From Sphaeroforma arctica JP610 (Eukaryota), in NCBI RefSeq assembly GCF_001186125.1, contig NW_014040349.1, positions 14,844-49,554 on the forward strand: a DNA stretch of 34,711 bases. The letters run 5' to 3'. Below, piece by piece: positions 1-17,848 of this stretch. The translations under genes and the position numbers were made by a program. The notes beneath the pieces are model-generated. The model worked only from the letters and a program-made list of their open reading frames with translations, was not told the DNA's origin and searched no databases. How positions within the stretch are numbered: position 1 is the first letter of the stretch; the number at the start of each line of letters is the position of its first letter.

Positions 1-2900
1 GCTGTTTCCCGTTTCAGGTGGAAGAGTAGGGTCCGCTTCTCCGCTTAAACTCGTCGTGGCTGTCATTGTCGAGCTAGGTGACACACTTGGCGAAGGTGTT
101 GCACTTTCACCGGTATCAGGCAGACCATCACCATCTTCCGGTTCGCAATTGGTAAATGTGCCATCCACTGAAACGTTCAGGTTATCAGCAGTGATTGCGA
201 CGCTTGTCGACCTATCATCGCCATCGCCATCCACTGGCATAAAGATGAGCACTTGTCCATTAAGAGTCGATGTGACAGATACCGTGTACTCACAAATGAG
301 CAATGAATCGAATTGAAAACTTCCGTTACCATCAGTTGTCACTGCAAGGCTGAACGATGGAGTGTCTTTGCATGTAACTGTTACCTCAACATTCTCTAGA
401 CCGCTATACTCATCACCCAACCCGCATCCAATGGTTCCCTCGATGCTACCCAATGTACCATAGTAGATATTGTTGTCAGTAGAGTTGGGGGCGATGCTCG
501 TCAACTCTATATCGGTGACTGATACCAAATTGCTGCTTCCTTCGTCAACAACGCCGTAGATGGGACCCACTGCAAGCACACGGCCAGGTGCAAACATAAT
601 GTATCTGCAATAGGGCAAGTCCGAGAATAGGAAATACCCGTCGTCGTCAGTAGTTGTGGTGTAATTTTTGAATTGCTCTTCATCAGATACAACCATTGAC
701 AATGGGCACGTGACTGTGATCTCAACATCGGCAATGGGCTTTTCTGACACCAACTCTAGAGCGTGGCCAGATATACTTCCCAGCTTGCCGTAGGTAAACG
801 TACCCAACGTCACGGTTTCATTGTAAGAGGATAACGTGATATCTGTTGAACTATCGTCGCCATCGCCATCGTTGGGTCCGTCTATTAATACCCACTCATC
901 CAGTGTAGGTGGAACCGACACTGTGTAGTCGCACATCAACATCTCATCAAATACATATTCACCGTTTGCATCTGTGGTTGTGGTTTGCGACATCATCGCA
1001 TTACCCGGACAGATAGCAGTGACTTCCACGCCCTCGCAACCACTCACATCTGCACCCTCGCGGCACAAAACTGTTCCCTCGATACTTCCAACATCTCCGT
1101 AATAAACAACTACGTTTCCTGTGGCACGATCTGGAATAAGTGCTTCTGCGCTACCAACTACAATCTCATCGGTATCTCCTTCAAAGAAGAAACCGTAGAA
1201 AGGCCCGGATCCGTCCACATTACCCGGTACGCTGATACTATATGTACAGTCAGGCAAGTCATTGAACTCCCGAGTACCTTCATCGTCTGTATTCTTTTCT
1301 ACCATACTGGTATCGTCCTCGCATGTGAGTGCAATTGGAACGTCAGGTAAAGTTTGCTCTGTCACAATATTTACCACTGTTACTGAAATCTGTTGACCGG
1401 GGGCTCCAGCATTACCAGTATCGGGGGGGCCACGTTCTTCATCAACAATTATTACGTTGTTATCAGTAGGCGGAGAGCCAGGGTCAATGACATCTACTAC
1501 GTCCGCTCTAGTTTCATTGGTGCAGCTATTACAAGTTGCGAGTAAACTCATGCCATTGGTGATGGTGTTTGATTTGGAGCAACAGTTCTTTGGTAGGCAT
1601 GCCTGTGGTGAGAGTTCAGCGTCGAGAGTGATGTAAGCTACCAATGTAAAAGACTTCTGAATGCCATGCAATAAAATTCGTGGGTCACAAAGTAAAGCAC
1701 ACTCGATTAGATCGTTAGACAAGCTAGTATCATATACACGCAACCTTTCCAGATTCAAAAAATAATACAGGCATAGCATTTATGTAGAAAAGCAAATATG
1801 GCCAGATTAAAAAAATTCAGGTTGTCTGCAAAAGCGATGTCATAATTTGAGCTTGAGAAGATGCTGTATTTGTCTGTGTATATCACATGTGAACGTACCT
1901 GGATGACCTCACCCGTGAAGGTTCCTTGTACGCTGAAGTCTTCATATGCACAGTAAGGGCCATTTCCAACGTCGACCTCGCAACCATCATTATCATTAGG
2001 CAGACACTGCTGATCAGTAGCTTTAGTACACTTATCACCGTCACTGTAATACCCTTCGTCGCAAAGTCCGCAGATCCACTCACTTCGTCCCGTGTCCGGA
2101 TCGAACCATATTGAAAGCACTTTACAGTTGGCAGGTGTTGCCGGGCGTGGATCGACGGGAAGCTGGTAGGCGGGAATCTTCAAATCACCGCCAAGGTCAC
2201 ACTCAGAGCTTGCTGGTGGTTGGTTGTCAATGGGTGGGAATAGCAGGTCTATGAACACCTTGAGCGTCTGACTCTGGTAGCACTTCGTGAAAGCTTCCAC
2301 ACAGGGTTCGTCGCACAAATTGACTAGCAACGATGATTTTCTAAGTGCTCCATAGGTGTTACTGTCATGTGTGCCGGGCACCCATGACAACAGCCCACTG
2401 TAGTAGGTATCAACCAGTGATACTGATGCGTCCACATCACACTTGGCGCCTACTGGCAGAAGGGAATTAAATTTTTCAATGCACGGTCTAATTACCTGTT
2501 CAAACACCTGTTCACCACCCTCTTGCAGGTCAACCATGTGCCTACCGATGGTGATAAGTGTAGTGGTCAGGCAGTTATTTTCTGGAACCATGGGTGCTTT
2601 GACTGTTTTTGTGTCTGTAAGCGAGTGGGTGACTGTAGCCGTTGCATGGAACCATGAGTGCGAATTTTCAGGATGGGTAACTGCTATATCATGCGTGGTG
2701 TCCATATTCTCACCAATACCACCACTATTTTCACCTTTGCTGCTACCACGATTTCCAGGCACAAGGGGTTTAAAATCCCAAACTCCTTGTTCACGTACTT
2801 CCTGATCCACATCGTGCGAGACTGCTTGTCCTGCATTCACTATGCCACTCGAGCACAGGTAAGTGCATAATAGCACAAATGATTTTGACGGGTACATCAT
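1..2900 (-). CDS. Secreted/cell-surface protein: signal peptide, Cys-rich N-terminal region, four SdrD-B/Cna-B (prealbumin-like fold) repeats, then a Ser/Thr/Pro-rich linker; 3' end lies outside the window
   Basis: Exon 1 2900..1899 (MMYPSKSFVLLCTYLCSSGIVNAG... to ...GEVIQ, donor CAG|GTACGT); phase-0 intron 1898..1657 (acceptor ...gcattcag|); exon 2 1656..<1 is open with no stop, so it is missing from the ORF track. Manual translation shows repeated GSIxG...VxVTxxC...TTDxxGxF/YxFxxLxxCxYxxSV units. Confidence 0.85.
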
Positions 2901-3639
2901 CAATGATTGTGTCGCTCACGATCTCTGTTATTGTGCTATTTATAGCTGGTATATTCCTGAAGCTCGATCATGTATCGATGCCAGCTCGAAGACTTTAATC
3001 TAACAACACCCGGTTTAATTACTATTCTGTATTACAAACTATACATATATTTCTACAATGAAGCTAGGATCTACCGTGATTTTATGTAAATACAATGTAC
3101 ATGCCGAACAAGTGCATTCGAACGCTGAATGTACATGGAAGAACCGAAATTCTAAAATTCTGATTGCTATGCCTTAGATCAGCTTTATGGACTTGCTAAA
3201 CCAACTCTGAGTGTGTGATACATTGGTAATGTTCAACCAGTGAAAGTAAATCAGCTGTAACAGGATTCTTATAAGTAGGTAAGAACTGCTGATATATCGA
3301 CAGTAAAAGACTAAATTGTGTACTCCAACAAAAAGTTCAGTTATGTTGGCAGTGTAGGTCACTATGATCACACGGACGTCGATCTCAAGACAACTAATCT
3401 CAGTTCACATGTCTGTGTTTTGTGTCCTCCGTAGACCGTAGCACAATTAGGGACTCAAAAATGGGAGAAAATAATGTAAACATAAATGTAACTACAGTGT
3501 AATTTTTTAACTTCACTTACTCTATTGCCAAGGTTAATCCTTCAATTTTTGGAAAAGATGACGGAGACTACTCTTAATTGCTCAAAGACTGCACAGGCTG
3601 AATTCAAAAATAAAAAAAACAAATAAAATATTGGGGGAA

Positions 3640-4950
3640 CTGGGGACTGCGTCACGGCGGCAGAGCACCATAGCAGGCATAGGCTAAATATATAGAGGTA
3701 GGACTGTGGGAATTGGGAAACTGTTAAAATTCTGAAGTTGTCTTTGGCATTTTTAAAAAACATCGTTCGAAAACTCTGTCGTTGCTAGGCATATATCGAA
3801 TGAAGATCGGTCTATAAAACAAATTGCATGGCCCACTGTGTCCTCACTGTCCTGGATTCCTGACTGTCCTCTGGAATTGGATTTGGGTCTCGAACTCTCG
3901 AGCGGAAAGAAAGTTTCTCTACCACTAAATACTGAAAATACAAACGACCCTGTAATTGTCGACAACTCTCCCAGTCTCCCTACTCTCTGTCTCTGTCTGT
4001 CTCTGTAGTAGTATCTCTCTAGTAGTAGTAGTAGTGTTTTAGAGGGAAAGGCTGAAGACTCTGTCTTTCTCTGGGAGAGAGAGGGGATCGTTAGACTTAA
4101 ACAATTACCAACCATTCTGAACAGGCATCTAAAAAAAAGTTAAGAGCTACAACGTAACAACTCAGTGAACTCACCGCTCGTTTCAATTTCATCCACACAA
4201 GAAGAAGAGAGAGAAGCGAGAGGGGAGGACTGCTGGTGGAGGAGTGGAGGACTGAGACTCAAGAGTGGAGATTTGTGGACAGTGGAACATGAAGAGTGGC
4301 GACTGGAGCGGGGAAAGTCGGTGGGTTGGAGTCCTGGACTCTACTCTAGTAGTGGACTCAGTCTCACAGTCTGTCAGTCACAGTCTCACAGACGAGTTTT
4401 GAAGTCTGAAGTCTGGAGTCTGGCGTCTGGATTCTGGAGCTAATCTCAAGTGCTCAACCGTCATATGTAAGCGATTTTAATAAAAAAACGGACAGTAAAC
4501 TATATACTACATACTAAATACATAGTAGACTACTACTACTAGTAGAGTGTCAATACTTTACTACTACATACTACTACTAGTAGTATGTTAATGTAGTATT
4601 TAGTAGTAATAGTAGTAGACTCGGACAGGAAACCCTCCACACGACCACGTCCACACTCTCGACACTATCAGTGCTATCACGCGAGAGAGAGAGACGCAGA
4701 GAGTATTTATTTACACATTAGTCAGTAAATAAATACTAAATACATAAGGGATTCTCAAATTAGCGACTGAGACAGTCACACACACACAGTCCAGTCACAC
4801 ACACTACACTGACAACAGCCTACAGTCTACACACGCACACAGTCACTGCCTCACTGCTGGTCACACACACACACACAACACAAGAAGAGAGTGAGTGAGA
4901 GAGAGATAGAGAGTAGAGACTTTCTCTAGTTATAGAGTAGAGATAGGGGA
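3640..4950. repeat. Low-complexity 'stuttered' tract of nested short direct duplications and small inverted repeats, ACT/AGT/GAGA/CACA-rich
   Basis: Examples: gaagtctgaagtctggagtctggcgtctggattctgg at 4401-4437; palindrome tactactagtagta 4572-4585; 13-bp stem agtatttatttac/gtaaataaatact 4702-4737. No credible ORF. Confidence 0.75.
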
Positions 4951-5702
4951 TAGATACTCGTATTTCGATTGGCCATCAAAGTAGACTATATATTCAAGAA
5001 AATTATTCACTGTTTTGTAATTTGTATACATTTCTGTTCTGGACAGGTTCAAAGCTTGAATTTGAGCAACCAATATGAGCCAACGAAAAATAAGATTTAA
5101 AAGATAGAAGTGCTGTATTTCCCAGGGATCCAGGTATGTACTATGTATTATATTGTATTTTCTATTTTGTACAGGTTTTGTGAAGTGTAAATATAATAAA
5201 GGCCAATGAAACGTAACCATAAGAAAATCCGATTCGATTTGATACTGAAGCAGGTGTGTGACTGGTGTGAGACTGGTTTTGGCAATATGGAGTTATGGAC
5301 GATTGTAATTTGGACGACGGACTCGGAGTCCCGCCCGTTCAAAAAGACAAAAACACGAATCATATTGACATACGTATTGATTTCCTTCGCTACCAAACAA
5401 TTGAGTATGTACTCCGTGTTTGAGAGGGATGCTATGGTACACTACATACTTTTGAGCTCTTTTACAATGTTTTGTTTTGTTTGTTGTTTGTTTGTTTTTC
5501 ATAAAAAAAACAATAATAATAATATAAACAAATACAACACGACAAATTATAAATAAATACAGTTGACATGAATATTCGATTAAATACTGAATCAAGCTTA
5601 CTTAGCCTAGTGAATACACCACAAAATCAAAGTACAAGATAAAATTGTTTGTATATAGCGTATTTGCACACGCGCACGAAAACTCGAATAGATGGCCACA
5701 TT

Positions 5703-8665
5703 ATGTTTACTCGAATCGAGTTAGACATAGATAGCTACAATGTGATCGTATACTTTTTAATAGGTACTGTGGGGTTGCTGATGATACCATTATGTCTCGA
5801 TTTTATGGCGCCCTTCCTGCCCGTAAACATTAGCAGAGTAACCAATAGTGCATCCAATATATCGTTAATGATAGGTATTGTCGGCGTATACGTGTGCTGC
5901 CTATGTTTCCACTTTGTTAAGGTATGTATTTGTACGACGTTGTCTTGCATGTCCAAAATTTTGATGTAAGCAGTATGCGATTGTCTTAACCTTAAGTTTC
6001 TCTCAGAGAGACATATAGGCATATAAAATGTAAAAATTGTGCACTTTTCCACTGAACCGACGGAGTCTATCGTGTAATATACACAATTTACGTTCTGCAA
6101 TGAAAAAAAAGTTTCAGTATCCAACATGAGGACTCTGTTCAAGCTTCAGAAACGTTATTTAATGCAATAATTTCTCACAATATATTGTATACATATATAT
6201 GGTTCCGATTTCATTCAAGCTAACGATGTTTAGAATATTGCTTCTTTTGACATTGAATAGATTTCATGTGCGATGCGCGAACATTCTAGGCAATCCACGA
6301 ACGCATATATACTGATAGTAGTTTCGAAGCCTGGTACGTATCTGTGTTCAAGGACGACTATAGAAGCTCTACACCTCACGAGATGAAAGACACTACTGAA
6401 AGATCCTAATCTAAGCATCTTTTACCCAACATAGTTACTCAAATATACAGAACGGATACAGCGTAGTTAGTGCGTGTAATTTATTAAGTTTGCAAGAAGC
6501 GTTTGAGATCAGTCCGGAAAATTTCACTTAGAAACGCGCACGTTCATTTTATCGTATCCGTATGCATATACAGGTTCTTCCGCATATGCAACGAGAATAT
6601 GGGACCTCCTCCACCAGTACTGTTATCCATACGATAATCACCTGGTTTTTTGTGATCAATGGTCTCTGCCACTTCTTTTTAGCTGTCGCGTTACAACCCA
6701 ACTCGCGTAATGAACGGATCAGCGAGCTTTGGACGCCTTATAGTAAAACAGCAAAACCAGAACCTTATGCAGATGCCCACGCAGGTTCAGTACCAAATTC
6801 CGTAGTAGCAAATTCCATAGTGGATAAGACTAGCGGATCTGATCGCTGTGATAACGTAACGTTGTCAAATACATCTGCAATTTCCGATGGTGCTCACGCT
6901 CAACAGGATAGACTTGATGACAACGTCAGCCGCATAGAGGTAGCAAGTGGCACAATCACAGCTAAAATAAAAGGAGAGAATTCTGAAATGGATAACGCTG
7001 CCGAAGTGAAGGCACAGGAGTTGTCGTCAAAGAATTCAAACGTTCATGAGGTAGTCCATCTGCACTTATTCTGCAGTCTAATCGTTTCAAGATTTGAAAT
7101 ATGAATCAACGTGGATCAATTTTTCCAATGCATAACACTAGTATACAGTAATGTTTCCAGGGTCGCATACGAATATTACAGATCAATATTTGAGATGACA
7201 GTTTATCGCAGTGATCTCTGTCGCATATTTACGCTTTAACATACGACATCAACTTTACACAATACGATAGAGTGGCCGAAGGATAGAAGGAATTGGACAA
7301 AATGACAAGGAAAAACGTGTATGCAAGTTTTGCGCTATTGAAAGAAACAGGATGCAGCTCCACTGTCATCATTGCCGATCGTGTTCCGGTACGAAGTATA
7401 TAGCAAAGCGACTTCTAATATTTACATTTGCTCTGACAAACTACAATCACCTAGTCACAATGCTCTATTGTGCGTGGACGTTTTGTATGCTGCTGTTGCT
7501 TCAACTACAGATCCTCGTCAGAGTTAAGTGCCAGTACCTATGTATATCGATCGCTACCTTGATGGGGTTGCATCCTATATGAACGAATCAATATTAACGC
7601 AACCATATATCCTACAACAAATTGCAGCGTACATGGATCATCACTGCCCTTTCATCAACGGCTGCGTCTGGGAGTGCAACTACGCCCACTTCTTTCTTTT
7701 CCTGGTATACTCCTGCGTGGGACTGTGGTATGCGCTGTGGATCACCGCTCCAATTCTGAGAGATTGTTTCCTCCAGGGCCATAGCAAATCAGAATCCTGC
7801 GCCGGTTTGGGAGGCCCACTGACGTTCATGGCTGTTCCTCTGTCAGCGCTCAATATTCTGGTGCTGATAATCCTACTGCTGGAGGTATACAGATGATTTC
7901 GATGCTTGCTAAACAGGCTCCAAGTGGCCTACTACGCATGAGCGGCATCAAGCGCCCTAACATCCACATCTACAACATACATTACGTTGCAATTGGACCT
8001 TCGTACACGTCTAATCATTGGGATTCAATTCGCACCAACAGGTGTTGGTACTTTTCGTCGATATATCGACGTTCATGTGGTTCAAAGGGCTCGACCGTGG
8101 TATGATCAAACACACTCGAGGTGCTTATGAGTACGGTAAGTGTTTCGAGTAATTCTGCTTAGACCGGTTGCCCAAATTGTATGAAGCGGTTGTATATATA
8201 TAAAGCAGTTGCATATATCATGGCAGCGAACTTGTGTGCCTGCAAATAAATATTTATATTATCCGTGCACGCGGTGGTACCTGTTCGTGAAATTGCCGAC
8301 AGCTGGAACTGTTCTGTTGACATTCCCAGTCCAACAACGATCGCCAAGCCAGCACCACCACCGAGCGAGTTAGCTAGACGACTACTCACACAACACACGC
8401 TCTTAATAACCTCTTCTCAACTTGAATTCGCCTGTCCCGCCCCGCAGCTGTCCGAAAATCGCGTATACCAGGGAAAGCAAGTCGGTTCGAAGTGTTGCTG
8501 AAAGGACCGCTACGGAGAAACGGATACATCATGGCACTAATCCCACCACTGCACATTTTGGCCCGAGTCTGCTCTTTTAACGTATCGCTATATCTGCGGC
8601 CAAATAGCAGGGAATGCCATGACAATAGCAAGTCAAAGTCAAAACCACACGACAAGAACTGCTGA
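5703..8665 (+). CDS. DHHC-family palmitoyltransferase (protein S-acyltransferase)
   Basis: Exons 5703-5921, 6574-7050, 7271-7388, 7628-7884, 8042-8135, 8448-8665, all GT-AG with consistent phases. The spliced product contains CKFC-x9-HCHHCRSCSAYMDHHCPFINGCVWECNYAHFFLFL plus flanking TM segments. The start codon and last exon are less certain. Confidence 0.88.
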
Positions 8666-9462
8666 AATAAAGGGGGAGGGAAACGCAGAGGGGAACATCG
8701 TTGAAGTCTGCGAGGCAGTATTGAACTGTCACGTAGCACCCGGTGGGAAATTAGCAACGGGAGAAGGCATACTTTCGTTTCTAAGCCTCTGAAGGAGCTC
8801 ACGACGAGTTTGTCGAGCAACGAAGCACCCGCGTATAGCTTCCTTTGCAGCTCTGCATAGTCTAGAGAAATGCGATTCGCCTGGTGTCAATCGTAATGCA
8901 CATGTTTGCACCATCGATTGCATACCTTGCAGCAGAATGCCGACGTGAAATTGCCCATATGTTGGAATATTGTAGATTTATGACGACACTTCGATCCACT
9001 CTGTAGGCAGTTGCTGACCAGGGATTAGCGACCTAAAGTTCAACTACCTAAGCAATCGATTGAATTCTGCTGTATAGATGCGGGACCTGTCACTGATACT
9101 ACACGTGTTAATCTAATCAATTTGCACTCAAGTGGTAGATTTGGGAATGGCAAGCTCGCAGCTACGCTACAGATACACAACAATTAACAATAAAATTAAA
9201 ACAGATTGCCCATTTCTACTGCAGCTCCGATGTTTATTGTCTTAACTTGCATCGTTCCGACTCCCATCTTCCCTCCATTCGTTCGCAATCTTTTGTGTCT
9301 TACTAATACACAGCACAACACAGCATAGTCGGGACATTCTGGATCATCGGCCAAAGCGCGCAATCCCAGAAAATCGAAACTACAGTAGTGATGTTGAACT
9401 CCTTCATTCCTCTACAAAAAAAAAGAAGATACATTGATTTGAGTGATTTAAAGACAACGCCT

Positions 9463-16517
<7,055 letters not shown>

Positions 16518-17396
16518 CGTAATAGTCTTATCTCTCTCTGAGTGCTAACACTCGTCCGCAATGTAAGACAAGTATAGCTGTATCGTATGTTTCATACACA
16601 AAGATGAATATGACGCCCTTTAAAAAACAGTGTTCACATAATTTTTGGAGCCTATCCGAGGTGGCTGGTCCTGGACTTCACAGATTGTCGATGAATCCCG
16701 ATTGTTTTTTTTTGATTTATCACCAAAAAATAATCGGATCAATATTCTTGTTTTATTCATTATTATTGTCGGTAGGCTAAAAATATTTAAATATGTATGA
16801 TATTCTCGATTTTGTTTTTGTTTGAAAAAAAGTATATTCATCATTGTTGACATTGGGTGATTATGTGGGTCGGACTTGACAGTTGCCACACACACGCTAT
16901 ATAAAGTTTTAGAAGAAAAAAAACCCCTTTCTGGGGCTTCTGGGGCTTCTGGGGGTTGTGTCCTTATATATTCAGCCGGGGTCTCATTTTTGATTTTTTT
17001 GGTCCGGCTTGTAGGACTGAGTCTTGTGTTCGGATTATTTCTAAAAAAACCCCAGAAGACTTGTCCGGCACTTTTAGAGTTATTAAAAACATTCTGTTTT
17101 TCATTGTAAAAAATAAATACAAAAGTCGAAAAAAGGGTTGATTTGAAGATATATATATTCATAAAAAGGTCACCTGGTGGCTGGTGGCTGGTGCGGGTGC
17201 TGGTATTTACTGGTGCAGCGCTAAGGTGACTATATTTGCCGACTAACCTATAATATTTGAATATCACGGTATTGTTCACCCCTGTAAATAGACTCTCTCC
17301 CTGTAGTTCATGACCTCAGGGTGTGCACGTACACATACAACAAGTATATAGTTGGATACATAGTCTATAATCTGACTTAGTTGTTTTGAGGGCAAT
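16518..17396. promoter_or_regulatory. Divergent (bidirectional) promoter region between SEY1 and eIF2B beta
   Basis: The ATGs at 16517 (-) and 17397 (+) point away from each other, about 880 bp apart. The interval contains poly-A/T tracts. Promoter function is inferred from position. Confidence 0.6.
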
Positions 17397-17748
17397 ATGG
17401 TCACAAAGTTGAATGATAATGCCGAGAAGCTCGTGCTGGATATCATTAGCCGCTTTCAAAGAAGGTGAGGGAAAGTACGATGCACACACATATCAACGCA
17501 GTAAGAGCACATATGATTCCATACGAAGTAAGAAACATGATCCACCAAATAGGTCCAGCTTATTTATTCTAGGTGTTTACATTCGCATACGTTTGAAGTC
17601 GCGTACTTACAAACATATATATGTATTGTTCCTAGCATTTACTCATTTAGGTACATTATGTATGGAGCACACGAGTATATACATACTGACGACAGACAGA
17701 GCAGTAAATATGTATCAAAATGTATAACTATATTTGTACGAATAAACT

Positions 17749-17780
<32 letters not shown>

Positions 17781-17795
17781 CACACATACACTCAC

Positions 17796-17848
<53 letters not shown>

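Noticed and set aside
1755..1898. C-terminal hydrophobic tail of ORF 1755..2903 as a TM anchor
   Set aside because: It is intron read-through; a consensus donor and in-phase acceptor join the ORF to the long exon 1656..1.
16620..17279. 219-aa minus-strand ORF
   Set aside because: AT-rich, low-complexity translation in a divergent promoter with no recognisable motif and a non-ATG start.
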